From Dimargaris cristalligena (Eukaryota), in contig ML002251.1 in the NCBI GenBank assembly GCA_003614675.1, positions 1 through 57,710 of the forward strand: DNA of 57,710 nucleotides. The letters are read 5' to 3'. Below the pieces are notes generated by a model. The model was not told where the DNA came from, did not search any database, and worked only from the letters and a program-made list of their open reading frames with translations. This document shows positions 10,907 to 23,395 of this stretch, one piece after another (the first letter of the stretch is position 1; every line of letters starts with the position of its first letter). The position numbers and the translations under genes were made by a program.

Positions 10907-12223
10907 ATGAGTAGTGGTTACTCGGGTAGCAGCGGCCATACTATAAGTACACTGGACTTGGCGGATACGCTGCCGCAAACTCAGGGATCCTCCGCCGTCA
11001 GCACGACGTATAGTAGCCCCAGTAAGACGAAACCTAATGGCCTCGGTCTGCGCCTGCCCCAACTAGACATCATCAAATCGTCGCGGACGACTTCGTCCCA
11101 GAACTGCCAAGGCAGTGACAGCCATGTCCCTCATCGTAGTGTGAACGATCCCAACGGCTCGGCCGTTGCCTTGCCCTGGGTGCTGGATACGCCACTCAGC
11201 CCCCTCGACCCTTGTGTGGGGGGGGCCATTTACATTGACGATACTTGTCCCTGGGATTGTTCCCGCGGTACCCTTGACCCGTGTCCATCGAATGGAAACG
11301 GCAGTGCGATTGGTAATAGCAGCAGTAATATCCATCCCTCCTCTATGGACCACTTCTTGAGTTACTCCAGGGACATGGCCGAAATATCGGAGATCCTCCA
11401 CGACACCTCTCGCTACTCGCACTATTCGATCTTCGGGAATGAAACATCCATGGAATGGTGTCGGCCTAGTATCGGAACCGCTGCCCCCTCGGGCGCTGAA
11501 AAAGGGACGAGCACGGCCCGGAACAATCCAGTGGAGAGGGGGGCATCGGCCACAGATTGCACAAAGCGACCCTTTTCCTGGACTAGCCCAGACCCGGACG
11601 GTAGACGTCAATCGGCCCGTGGGCCCGGTGAGGAAACCGGCGGGGAAAACGGGAATCGCCATTCGGTAGGCTGGGAGAAACTGATGAAGCAGTTATCCAC
11701 CCACGATTATCATAATCCCGACTGGTCGGAGCGATGGGGACCTCCGCCACCGCCCTGTACCCACCGTCTGAATCGGCGTGGTTCGACCCGGCGCAGTCAC
11801 ATGCCTGATGCGATTTCCCGGTGCTGTCCTCCAACGCCCGGACCACGCTCGCCAACCACTTCCGCTGCCGCTGCTGGCTTGGGCCACCTACCCGCCCCCA
11901 GGGCTCCCTTGCTGGTGACCTTTAGAAACTGGTATTGGCAGCGCCACCCTCTCTTCTGGATTGTTTTATTAGGTCTCGTCGTCTCATTTATTTCAATTGC
12001 AATAGTTACGTGGTCTGAAACGCGAAGTTACGTTTGCCAGCGCAATCCGAGCCCTGAAGACGGCCAACAGGCCCCCATTTGCCAGGCTATTATTGCCGCA
12101 CAGTGCCAAACAGTTCGAGAGTGTGCTCACGGCGGGATTCCGTATATCACCTTAACCGGAAACTGTGCATGTGCCTGTTCCATGGGTTACACCGGGAGGT
12201 ACTGCCATTCACCCCTTTACTAA
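10907..12223 (+). CDS. Single-pass membrane protein with disordered N-terminus and C-terminal EGF-like module
   Basis: 438-aa ORF with TM helix LFWIVLLGLVVSFISIAIVTW. C-terminus ECAHGG...CACACSMGYTGRYC fits the EGF CxCxxGYxGxxC motif. Confidence 0.7.
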   Translation: MSSGYSGSSGHTISTLDLADTLPQTQGSSAVSTTYSSPSKTKPNGLGLRLPQLDIIKSSRTTSSQNCQGSDSHVPHRSVNDPNGSAVALPWVLDTPLSPLDPCVGGAIYIDDTCPWDCSRGTLDPCPSNGNGSAIGNSSSNIHPSSMDHFLSYSRDMAEISEILHDTSRYSHYSIFGNETSMEWCRPSIGTAAPSGAEKGTSTARNNPVERGASATDCTKRPFSWTSPDPDGRRQSARGPGEETGGENGNRHSVGWEKLMKQLSTHDYHNPDWSERWGPPPPPCTHRLNRRGSTRRSHMPDAISRCCPPTPGPRSPTTSAAAAGLGHLPAPRAPLLVTFRNWYWQRHPLFWIVLLGLVVSFISIAIVTWSETRSYVCQRNPSPEDGQQAPICQAIIAAQCQTVRECAHGGIPYITLTGNCACACSMGYTGRYCHSPLY

Positions 12224-12540
12224 ATTGCCTAATTAAATGCCAGTGCTCCAATGGAATATCGTAAAGGGAGTTGGGATATTGACTGAATGGGTTCAAAACC
12301 CCTCTTTAAAACAATCACGTATTACGTTATCCGCCTTTACTAATTATTGTACCGAGTTGGTTGGATCAAAATCGCTCGACCGAAGAACCCCCAGGCAAGG
12401 GAATAAATGGGTAGTATTTCTCACCCCACTACTATAACGCAGGGGTGGCCGATGGTAACTATTCGAAAACTTACTATAAAGTTGGTAGTAGTGAATCGAA
12501 CACCGTCACTAAAAACTAGAGGAATGTATCGTTAGTCCGT

Positions 12541-14478
12541 CTATTCGAGGGTCATTGCACGGTATTCAACGACAGGTTCCCCAATGTCCTTCTTACTCTT
12601 GATCAGTTGGAGCTCACAGTGACGCACCAGACTCGAAGGTCGTTGGGAGCGGGGTAGATTGGGTTGGTACACCACCCCTGCGATCTGCTGGGCCTGCAGA
12701 GTACGGCGCATGACCGCCGCCATGGTCGCAATAGCCATTTCACATGCTCGCGCGAGACTATCGGGGCTGGAGATTGGTACAGCCGCCTGGGGGCCGGTCA
12801 GACGAGCCAAAAGCAAGGCACAGAAAAGGTCACCAGTACCGGTAAAATAGCCATCGAGTTTAGGAAAGTCAATCTGGAAACGACGGTAAACGGGTTCGGG
12901 GTCGTCTGGGTTGGAGCTGGGGCACCGCTGACTGCCGAATAAATGAAGTCGCTTGCGATCGGTATCTGGGGAATACTCTCCAAGGTCGCAACTAGTAATT
13001 ACAACGTTTGGTACGCCGAGATTATGAATAATATCCATCGCCTTTTGGGCGTCGGCCTTGTTAGAGATTTTGGTTTCAGTCAGGAGTCTAAGTTAGCCGG
13101 AGGGTATAAGTATGATTGGAGTACAATAGACGCATAAATTAGGAAGGGGGTGGCTGAAGGTACATAAGTTGGGACAGTGATCAGCAAATCGGACTAACTA
13201 AGCCAGGGATGGAGCGTATTTAGCAGCCAGTCGATGACGCTCGGTTGAGTACTTACTCGATTTCGAATTGATTGGGCGTGACCAGGTTGGCAAGGGGCAG
13301 AAGCTGGGTCCGGTAGAGCGGGATCATCTCCTCGGGGACATATAAATTTCCATCATCTCCTAACACGGGGTCCAGAACTGGTGGTGGCGGTCGAGCGATT
13401 TGGGTTGGTGCGGGGGTTTAATCGGAGGATGAAAAAGCTCATTTTAGTCCAAATCAATTAAATAAACCGAGCCATTTACCCAGGCCGCAATTTGGTACTA
13501 CACACCCGGGTCGTTGTGCTGACGGACAAATCTAACCGCCAAGGATTAAATACGTACCGTAAAAGATTTCCGGATTCTTGGCGCGAAGCTGGTCGAGGAT
13601 AGTACGGGTTACATTGATTGAATCAGCATTGCCCATATAGCCTAGATTTTCGATACCAAGACAGGATATCAGAAAGTGGAGTATGAGGGGGTCAGGGTGG
13701 AGCCAAGAAGATTAACTGACTGGCCTCTTTGGGGGAGCCACCCTTTCATTTTTGGCACGGCGATCCATATCTCCATGAGGAGGGACGACTAACGGGGAGA
13801 AAACAGGGAACCTATCCAGCAACCGCTAGGGTGACCGTACTTCCCAAAGACAAAGTCGGCACCTGGCCTAAAATAATTAGGGAGCGGTCGAATCCGTCGC
13901 AGATAAGCGAACTTACCGGTAAGTAAATGCGAATAGTCGTCCAGCCCGTTAAGCCTTAGCCCTTCGAACAGCTCCAAAACCGTTTGCGGATCGGTCCGCT
14001 CGCCCTTCCATACATTGAACCCTGGTGCATGGGACAGCGCAGTTGATTTGCAGGGGAAGAGGGGAGCCTTAAATGCGCATTAGGGTGGATATGAAGTGGC
14101 CGGGATATTCAGAATCACCCTTTTCACACCCTTTGTCGGTGGCGTGAAAAAGACGATAGTGTATGATTGATTAGATATAGGCTGAGGACAAAAATACCTG
14201 TATGGTTAGAGAACTGAACGGTGTTGATGGCATCGACATCGAAGTCTAGGAGCTGGAGGGGAAACGTGGCGGCCTTGTTCCCTACGATAGAGGACGTGGA
14301 AGGTTAGGGTGGGGAAGCAGACAGATCCAAATAGCAATAAGTCGAGGCTAAGTTAGATTCGCTGGAACAACTATGGGGAAGTGAATGCCCTGGTGTTTGG
14401 AAGAAAGTGCCGAGCGGGGAGGACTTTACCTACGTAGCCTGAAACGACATGCGATTGAATAGAAAGAATGCGAGGCAT
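12541..14478 (-). CDS. pdxK: Pyridoxal kinase (PdxK/Bud16 family), 6 exons
   Basis: Spliced product [26 protein letters not shown]...[11 protein letters not shown]...LLTGYMG...LDPVLGDDG...VTPNQFE...FTGTGDLF with canonical GT-AG introns. Confidence 0.95.
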
Positions 14479-16007
14479 TACTGCACTTTAGGAGCTAGAA
14501 TGGGGAGGGCTTCCAGGTTGGACCAAACGGAGGTATATGGGTGGACTGAAGGTTCGGAGGATCCTGGAAAAGGCAATGCCAAAGACAGTAAATAAGCCAC
14601 GCTCCTTGGGGATGGGGGGAAGAGGCATCTGCCTGATCAAGTTAGTCGTGTGACAGGCCCACCAGCGCAAGTAATGACGCTGGGTTTATTACCAGCAAGG
14701 TGCTTCTTCGGAGCAGGGTTTATCAAGAGGCCTGGTCCCAGAAAGGCACAGTTCCTCTGGATTGTTCCCGCGACCACTGCGCCCCAAACACGTGGCCGAT
14801 TAAGTAAAGCTGAGTTGTTATCTACTTTGCAACCCGGTAATCGGATATCTCTAGGGTCGTTTGGACTTAATGGTTTTTGCCCTAAAAGGAGAGCCTTGGC
14901 AGTGACGTGATGGTGCAGTGGAGGACAGTGGGGATTAGCCAGGAGACTATTTTTGTAGAGGAGTGGGGAACCAAGGAGTAAGGGAAGGGAAGGGAACGGG
15001 GTGTTTAATGATGGCCTGACTCCGTGTTTATGGTTGGCTATCAAGGCAGCCAAGTCTTACCCAATGGTCTCAATTGGGAGACTGTGATATACTTGGCAAT
15101 AAATCCAAGGATGAACCCCACCAATAACAGCAAATACTGCTGGCTAAGGGAAATCTCACCCATGAGGTAGATACAATACATACACTACACTCCGCTGGTG
15201 CCGGAGTAGGAGAAACGGCCTAACTCCGACGACCCATCGGCCGAACGAACTGAACGGACTGCTAGGGTAAGGGTCCACGGCCGGCTACTTTCCGGTGAAT
15301 GCCACCACCATTGTTACGGGGCATGCAAAGCGTACGAGGGTCACACTAAGGCAGGTAGAACCGCTGCTGTTAGTCATTGACTCAGCCTCGGTGGTGAACA
15401 CTAGATTAAATGTGCCACCAAAACCCCCTTCGACTACTCTCTCTCTCTGTGTGTCTGGTATTTCATTAGGTAGCTGCGAGGGCGTGGTTTACTTTTATTT
15501 CCCATTTTTCAGCCACCCCTTTGTATGCCCCTATTCTCACTGAAGGTCGTCCCGTTCGAAGGATTCCTTATTACTCTTCGTCTTCCCTCCCTCTCTCTCT
15601 TTCTCTTCTATTCCATCTGTATCGGCTGTTTCTTTATCTATCCCCTTTAGCTACTATCTCTATTTAGTCCGTTCGTTCAACCATCTTTCCGAAGTTGTCT
15701 TTTTGTTTCAGTCTCTCTAAACTAATTAGCCAAACTACACACCAGAGCCCCGCGTAAAGCCCACATTTTGGAGCCGTCTTTCCCTCGAACCGCCTTCGCC
15801 CCTCTCCATATGTCCATGCCCTAACCCGCGCGACAGGCCCATTATTACAGTCCCTGTTTTCTTTATGCTTTGTTTTCAGCCCTTACCCCGGCTTACCCCC
15901 GCATATACTTTGACCTGCTCCCAGGCCACCCCGCGCCGTTTCCTTTTAACCACCGCTCCGCCTAATACCCCCGCTATTTTACACGCCACTAGTCCCGCCG
16001 CCGCCCA

Positions 16008-18557
16008 ATGGCCACCCTCGACAACGCGCAATACGAGCGGGACCTGGTCGGAGTGGGCACCCAATTCGGGGTGGCAAGTGTCATTATGGTCACTTGTTTC
16101 CACCTCTTCGAAGTCCTCCGAAAGCGCCCCCGCTTCCAGCACCTTTTCACCGCCCGCTGTCGCCTTATCCGAAATCCCACCCCGGCGATTCCCTCCGGCA
16201 TATACTCTTGGCTTCCCGCCGTGTGGAAGCTCGACGAAAAGTTTTACTACACGCACGTCGGACTTGACGCCGTTATGCACCTTCGGTTTCTGCGTATGGT
16301 CGTCAAAATCTTCATCTTTACCTGCGTCTTCATTTTCACCGTCATTTTTCCCGTAAACTATCTGGTCCATAAGATGGGCGACGGCAAAGAAGTGAGCCAG
16401 TTCTCCGTATCCAATATCCCAGAAGGTTCCAACAACTTATGGGTGCATTTGACCTCCATGTACGTCTTTTGCATCTTTATCCTATACCAGTTTCACCGGA
16501 ATAGCCTCGATTATATCAAAATGTTCAGCGACACTTTGGTCCTGAAGGTCCGGTCTGGCTCGGTGGTGCCCCGGTCGGTTCTCGTTTCCCGCATCCCACG
16601 CCACCTCCGTTCCGACGTAACTCTCAAGGCCTACTTTGAGGGGTTGGGCCTGGGCCCCATCGATACCGCCACCATTCTCAGGAACTATACTAAACTTAGC
16701 CGCAAGGTGACCCAGCGCAAAGCAACCCTACAGGCCCTCGAGCAATCCCACCTCGACCTTGCCCGAAGCTTTGTTCGACGGGCCCAGAGCGACCCCGACC
16801 TACTTGCCCCACTACCGGACGAATATGCGGACCGCGCCCCGTTTCATAACCAGGCTTGCGAAGACATGCAGCGCTATCTTTCCCTAATCAAACGCGGGCG
16901 GAAGGGCCATCGGGACCTCGAGGAACTTTTCCGCCAGGTGCCCCATTTCTTCTGGCGGGCCTTGGCTAATCTCCACCGCCCAGTCCTGGACGTGGCGCAG
17001 CCCAAAATCCGGGTCAAGAATATCGCCGAACACGACTGGGACCCCGCCATCGATACCGATTTATTTAAATTGGCCAAACTCGAACGCCGCGTTCGCGCCC
17101 TGCGCCGCTCCGCCCGTGTGGCCGAGAATTTCAAGCCCACCCACTACGGCGTGGTGACTTTCCAAAACTACAACTCGGCCCAGGCCTGTATGCGGCTGCA
17201 GGTGTCTGGCCAGCTCCATTGCCTAGAGACCACCGTCTGCCCTGAACCGCGCGAGCTCCTGTGGTCCAATTTCCTAATGGATGAGCGCCAGAAATTCCTT
17301 CGCTCCGTTCTGGTCAACGCCGGCGTCTGGACCCTCATTATTATCTGGCTCATCCCCATGACCTCCTTCCTGGGTTTGGCCTCGCTGGATAAATTGAGTC
17401 AGCTGCTGCCCTTCCTCAAGAATCTCACCGTGAGTAACCTGTGGCTGGAGAATATCATCAAGCGCAACGTACCGTCGATGCTTGTTAGCCTGGCCATGGT
17501 GGTCTTACCCTTTATCGTGTTTACCATCTCGCGTATGCAGTATTTCCCATCGTACTCCGCCCTGGAGCAGATCGCCATCCAGCGGAATTTCTTCTTCGCC
17601 ATTTTCAACGTGCTCATCTTTTTCTGCATCGGTCCGCCCCTCATTGAATCCATCCGCAACTGGATTTTGGACCCCGTCGCCATCGTACGCCGTTTAGTCG
17701 AGTCGCTGGTCCAACAGGGCGACGCCTTCTTTATCAATTACGTCATTCTAACCTCATGTTCCCATTATCTTGAGCTGGCCCAGATCGGCGTGCCCCTCTT
17801 CAGCACCATCATTGCTGATAACCGCTGGCTCTTGTGCACCCCGCGCAAGGCCCAGCGGTATCGGTCGCCGTGGTCCTTCCCCTACTTTTACTACCTGCCT
17901 ACCCATTTGCTGATCTTCGTCATTACCATCACCTTCGCCGTCTTGTCCCCCTTCATAATTCCCTTCTCCCTGTTTTACTTCATGTCGGCCTATATGGTGT
18001 ACAAGCACCAGTTCGCCTACGCCTACGTAAAGCAATACGAGGCCAATGGTCGGTTCTGGATCGATATCATGAACTTTGGCATGTTTGGCGTTACCTTTGC
18101 CGTGCTCATGTTCGGCATCGTTATGGCCCTGAAGAAGTCCATTGCGATTGCCATCACCACTCTACCGCTATTTGTACTATGTATCTTTTTTGCCGTCTAC
18201 ATGCGACAGCATCTCTTCCCTCGTATGAAGTGCGTACCATTGGATCGGGTGCCTCAAGCCACCGGCTTCAATTCCGGGCTAGGCAAACCACCCGCCAATT
18301 TAACCGTTACCGACCCCGAGGGTCGACTCCAGCGCCACCTGTCGCCACTGGCCCCTAATTCCATTGCCCGACCGAACAGTCATCTGGGGGCCCAGCCCTT
18401 TACTAAGGCCAAGAACCGGCGCTCCACCCTGTCCCACTTCCCACCCCCTGATGTTGCCACACTAATGTCTTCATCGTTTGATCCCCGCTCGCCCGCTCTT
18501 CCGAGTACACTGCCCCCCCCCTGCCTCCTCCCAGTGTGCCGAAACGGATACCATTGA
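16008..18557 (+). CDS. CSC1: CSC1/OSCA/TMEM63 (Rsn1/Phm7-like) stress-gated cation channel, core ORF
   Basis: GLDAVMHLRFLR, SNIPEGSNNLWVHL, PEPRELLWSN, FFINYVIL and YVKQYEANGRFW motifs with about 11 hydrophobic segments. Confidence 0.93.
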   Translation: MATLDNAQYERDLVGVGTQFGVASVIMVTCFHLFEVLRKRPRFQHLFTARCRLIRNPTPAIPSGIYSWLPAVWKLDEKFYYTHVGLDAVMHLRFLRMVVKIFIFTCVFIFTVIFPVNYLVHKMGDGKEVSQFSVSNIPEGSNNLWVHLTSMYVFCIFILYQFHRNSLDYIKMFSDTLVLKVRSGSVVPRSVLVSRIPRHLRSDVTLKAYFEGLGLGPIDTATILRNYTKLSRKVTQRKATLQALEQSHLDLARSFVRRAQSDPDLLAPLPDEYADRAPFHNQACEDMQRYLSLIKRGRKGHRDLEELFRQVPHFFWRALANLHRPVLDVAQPKIRVKNIAEHDWDPAIDTDLFKLAKLERRVRALRRSARVAENFKPTHYGVVTFQNYNSAQACMRLQVSGQLHCLETTVCPEPRELLWSNFLMDERQKFLRSVLVNAGVWTLIIIWLIPMTSFLGLASLDKLSQLLPFLKNLTVSNLWLENIIKRNVPSMLVSLAMVVLPFIVFTISRMQYFPSYSALEQIAIQRNFFFAIFNVLIFFCIGPPLIESIRNWILDPVAIVRRLVESLVQQGDAFFINYVILTSCSHYLELAQIGVPLFSTIIADNRWLLCTPRKAQRYRSPWSFPYFYYLPTHLLIFVITITFAVLSPFIIPFSLFYFMSAYMVYKHQFAYAYVKQYEANGRFWIDIMNFGMFGVTFAVLMFGIVMALKKSIAIAITTLPLFVLCIFFAVYMRQHLFPRMKCVPLDRVPQATGFNSGLGKPPANLTVTDPEGRLQRHLSPLAPNSIARPNSHLGAQPFTKAKNRRSTLSHFPPPDVATLMSSSFDPRSPALPSTLPPPCLLPVCRNGYH

Positions 18558-20985
18558 TACCGCCGCCTCCATGACCGAGGCCAGTCAGGGTACGCACAAC
18601 GAAGGGCTTCCCCAATGGTACCGTCCCTGGATGGGCCGACTGCGCATCGATGTGGTCCACCGTCACTGGGTGCGTTTCCTCCGTACCCTCTTCATCTCGA
18701 ATGTGGATTATACTACCAGTGATGCCACCATCGTACAAATGTATCGCGGTATACGGCCCCGATTGGATCAACCTTCCGGACCAGGGGCTGCGGGTTACCG
18801 GGGCTCCTATCGACGCAATACTATAGATCGCTTGCGCTACTTGGAAGAGGGTGCTCTCGCCGCGGAAAGCCTGGCTATCCCCCGCGCTTTCGGTGACCGA
18901 GACCATGCCAATTCCACCCCTTCCCTGGCAGCTATGCCCTGGCCTATGCCAGCCGCGACTTCCGCTTCTGGACCTCGGCTGATGCACGCATCCACTCTGC
19001 CCGCGGGAGGGGCCACTGGGTCTCTGTCCAGTAGTGGTAGAGGCCCTTCGCCCACCCTACTCCCCCACAATGCAGGGTCTCGCGCCGCACTGCGGGCCAG
19101 TCGACCCCTTTCAGCTGTCTCCCTGTCCGATAGCGAAATGTCCCACAATGACGTATCTGTCTCCAATCTCAAATATTGCCAGGATCTGTGTACCCCTCTG
19201 GAGTCGTACCTGCACCCACGGCTTATCAAACCCCTGTCCCGCCGGCTGTGGCTTCCGGCCAACCCGCTCCAGCGGCTGTACAAGAATCTGGAGAAGGAGT
19301 GCGTTGAGCTTGACTGCGCTTTGGTCACCGCCGCCCTATTAGCAACCAACCCGAATGCGGGCCGCCTGCGATCCACCCACAAAGTGTCCGACCAGAACGA
19401 TTGGTCAGCCTCCAAAAAATCCCTCCTCAACCACATCCCTTACCTATACCGCACCTACGAGAAGATTAACCGCACCGCCAAGGACCTGTCCGCTGGTACC
19501 CACCGTATTTTTGGCGACCATGGATCTAGGTCCAAGGAAAGTGTGCATGCCGACTCGGGGAGCAAGAATGAGGTTGAGAGCCATTCGGCACCCCTTACCC
19601 GCGCCAGTGATACCTAAGAACGATCCCGGCCCCGCCTCGAGGAGCAAGACCGTACCCTGTGGCCGTTCCCCTTTCGCACCAAGCCCAGTAGTACCAAAGC
19701 CAGTCGGTCTGACATCGGCTCTCTGTTTGGGGCCATTCGCCTATCCCTTTCCCTCTCTGATCGCGCGGATAATCAGTCTTTGAACAGTCCCCCGTCCCCT
19801 GCCCGGGCTCATATCGATCGGGAGGCCTCCACTTCGGGCGATGATGACCTGGCCTACGAGATGGATTCGCGCTCGACCAATCCGATGATGGATAGGCGGC
19901 CTAGTAAGTTAAGCAGAGCTACGGGTGACGAGGACCACTGCTTAACTAAATCACCGAGGCTCCCCTCAGGGGGGCGAGTCGATAGTCCATTGGATCAAAC
20001 CCTGGCTTCCGAGGCTACCCTGGTCCATGAACAATCCCGAGTCAAATTAGCATCCAGGCTTTCGGGTGACTCGGATATCTCCGCATGTGCCGTCCCTCGC
20101 GATTCATCTTCCACGGCCACTTCCGCCAATGAGCCAGCCCTGGCCATTGATACCCGTGGCCATAACACGAAGTCGGACTCCACGGCCCAACCTCCCTGTC
20201 CCATTATTGCCCAAGGTGATCCCCTCGATGCTCGAAGTATTTCGTTGACCAACAATGAGGCTCAGCGTAGCCTACGTCGTTCCCGGTCCAATCAGTCGGT
20301 TCGCCGCCACTCGTTAGGCCATTCGTCGCAGTTCTCGACATCCACCATCGAGTTCTTCCCCCACTCCCCCGAAATGGGGACAAGATCGTCGTCGTCCCAG
20401 CAGCCCGGGGGCTCGGCAGGCTGGAACCCATTAAACCGGGCCCTGCGTAAACAGGGATCACGGTCCGAATCTCGTCCCCTAATTATCGGCAGTCCAGTCC
20501 CTGACGAGATCCAACCCCACCCTAACGCCACATTGTTCGAAAGCCATACCAGTGGTGACTATGGCCACAATTCCTCCAGCCGCCAGCCCTGCCTGCTCCA
20601 CTCCGATGACATTGAAGAAGCGGCCACTATGGATTGGTCCCATTCTTCACCCCGACGCTCCCACCCCGGCCCCGTGGTGCATTTCGCCCCATCGCCCCCC
20701 CATTGTACAGTTATCGCCATGGAGAACCAAAGACATTACCCCCTGGACCGTACCAACGACTCCCTCTCTCCCACTCGAGCCGAAGGTATCGGATCGAGTG
20801 ATGGTAGTGGTGCGACCCATAATTTCCAACGGCGGGCTATTTCAACTAGTCAATCCACCGGTGGGTCGGACGAACTCGATATCCTGTCCGACGCCTTGTC
20901 CCACGATACGGACTCGGACGATTATAGTACTGATCAGGAGCACGATCGACCGGAGATTCGGGAGCTGTATGAGGAAGATTGGTAA
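18521..20985 (+). CDS. Probable C-terminal extension of the OSCA channel, beyond a C9 frameshift and across one in-frame TAA (19615-19617)
   Basis: This frame contains the PHM7_ext-like motif ESYLHPRLIKPLSRRLWLPANP. ORFs 18478-19617 and 19780-20985 are in the same frame and 19618-19779 has no stop. Confidence 0.55.
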
Positions 20986-22057
20986 AATACTACCTGGCCT
21001 CCTTTTGTTGATAAGCGAAGTTGTGATACCAATAGATTTCCCGACTAGGATTCCCTAAGGGGATCAATTTGCACCCACTATACCCTTAATATGATATTGG
21101 CTACTTAACCACATGCTTGCTTACCCTCACACATCGAAAACGCAGCTCCGCTGAGTGTAAATACAGGCTATTTTTAGTGGCATTATATTCTACCCACCGT
21201 AATGGACCTGCATTATTATTATTTTTAACTCTGACTTGACACTCAAGACTAGGGCGCTGATCATGTAGTGGTCCGGCTATCTGTACCCCTCTTATTCAAT
21301 TACCTTCAAAAACTTACCCATTACTGAAGCCAGTCGCTGGTCGTACTCATATTACCCCGATGGCTTTATTTGGATCTACGGCCTGGGGAACATTCTATTC
21401 CATCACTTTCGTATACTATTCCGCCCCCTTCACTTAACTTCAATTTCTGATCGTTTGTTTTTTAGACTAAGTCTCGATTTATTATGTCCCTCCATTATCT
21501 TTGTACTTCTACACTTTAATTTTAAGTAATCCTTGGTTACGTACCGTTGGTGTGCATCCTTCCTAAATGAACGGATATTAGATTTTGTACACACACTGTT
21601 CCCCCATTTCCCACTTTATTATGTATGTTCCTGGCATCTAGAAACAAGATCAAATAAACTGGCCTGCATTTTCTGGATACTAATTTGTTGCTCATTGATT
21701 TTTGAAATAGGACGTTGGTTATCACTGTACATGCCTCAGCTATTAAGAAATCGATGGGCTGACGGCCAATTACATCTTCATGGGCGTTGCCTAGATTTCC
21801 TGGGACTACTAAGAAACTGTTCCAAGGTTTGGATTCCCATTCCCATCCCACAGTCCAAACGTGCAACACATTCGCTATTTCAAGTTTCAGAAGATGTATC
21901 ACCGTAACACTCTTTCTGATTGTAATTGGGCTTACGACTATTACTAGTGGCAGCCATTCGCCGTGGTCTATTCTTAAGACCTCTAGGTTTATTTTTCCAT
22001 TTTTGTTTTACATTACTCTTCTACCCGACCATCCCCCACCCATTACTTCCAAGTACC

Positions 22058-23395
22058 ATGTCTGAATATCCTGCTTACGGCATGGCCGGCCTTTGTAAGT
22101 AGCACTCGCCTACCTACTATATATCACCCCATTTCCCCCTTCTTCCCCACAAGTCCACGCACTTGCCATTCCCGGCCCCCCCTTTTTTAATATATATATA
22201 TAGGTATTGAACCCGAGGCTCCGCTGCCTACGGCCGTTTCCCGCATTTCAAGGAGGGAAAGTTAACTCTAACGTGAGTGGGTGTGCTGGAATGAAGGAGG
22301 GAGGGGGAGAGAAGGGAGTATGGGGTAGAGATTCCACATTTACCCCACTTTAACCATGGGCTCGTTTTACATAGGTTGACTCATTATTGTACATTGTTGA
22401 TGGGGCCGGTTATTCCTCTATATTATACCGGGCGGGGTGATATGGACGGATGACATACCCTCTCTCTCTCTCTCTCTCTCTGGCCTGGCTTACGTTCTTT
22501 GGATAATAATCATTCTTAGGTATCACGGGGGGTTTCATTGGATTCCTCAAGGCGCGTTCGCGGGCTTCGCTCATCGCGGGCTCAGCTATTGGAGCGACCT
22601 ATGCCGCTTGCGGGTAAGTGTACTTTGAATTGGCCCGTACGGTATATATATAGTTGGCCTTGATTGTGGATAAAAAATACCAAATATTAGGGCATCGAAG
22701 ATGCCTCCCATCTAAAAACGACTTCTACCGGCCCATTCCAGTCTTTTTAGCCGGACCACCGAGAGAGGGTCATCCACTCGAATTTCTACGATGGACATGA
22801 ATTGACATACTATACGCAATGTATTGAATACACACACACATATATATATATATTTAAAACTACACACTTTCCAATTTCATTGTAACTCACTTATTTTCAC
22901 AGGTATATGGTATCGCAAAATCATCAATGGGGCGATGCTGCTGCAGCGGGTAAGTATTCAGTTTTAAATGCCTATTCGTAATCATTGGCCACCTTTGAGC
23001 TGTGAGTACCTTCATCGCCAAGGCAACTTCCCCCCTACCACCACCACCCGCCACCTCATTTCCAACGCTCTTCCCACTACAATCAATCATACAAAGGCTT
23101 GTGGATAAGGCCTCCACCATTTTGATCACTATAACAATAACCATACCCCGATCCATTTTTTGCTGGATGTTCCACTCACCTATCCCCACCCTTTGAACTG
23201 CTCCTCCTTATCGGTATTTTTATGGCGAGCGCAGCCACCTCCGCCCTGGTGATTGTCACCAATTTACCGCGTGGGCTTCGTACCCGTAAAGCCCCGCCCA
23301 TGATGCTTAGCACCGCCGCTATTTTGACCCTGGGGTACTACGCCCGGGCCTGGAACGAAAAGCAAGCAGTGTCACCAAAGCCCCGCACAGAGTAA
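22058..23395 (+). CDS. TMEM14: TMEM14-family small membrane protein, 4 exons: 22058-22094, 22520-22613, 22903-22949, 23235-23395
   Basis: Spliced: MSEYPAYGMAGLCITGGFIGFLKARSRASLIAGSAIGATYAACGYMVSQNHQWGDAAAAATSALVIVTNLPRGLRTRKAPPMMLSTAAILTLGYYARAW. All donors are GTAAGT and phases agree. Absent from the ORF track. Confidence 0.9.

Noticed and set aside
14488-15420. Possible decayed coding sequence upstream of pyridoxal kinase (GGVHPW word, GTAAG donor on the - strand)
   Set aside because: Several stops and no family recognisable beyond a short word; needs TBLASTX.
19615-19617. Idea that TAA is reassigned to a sense codon (in-frame TAA here, in the VPS52 fragment and near 32408-32428)
   Set aside because: TAA is the normal terminator of the GS-like, GST, TMEM14, CAP, FANCL and VAP genes in this window.
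21533-21907. Overlapping 124-aa and 121-aa ORFs on opposite strands
   Set aside because: Non-ATG or weak starts, AT-rich intergenic composition, no motifs.
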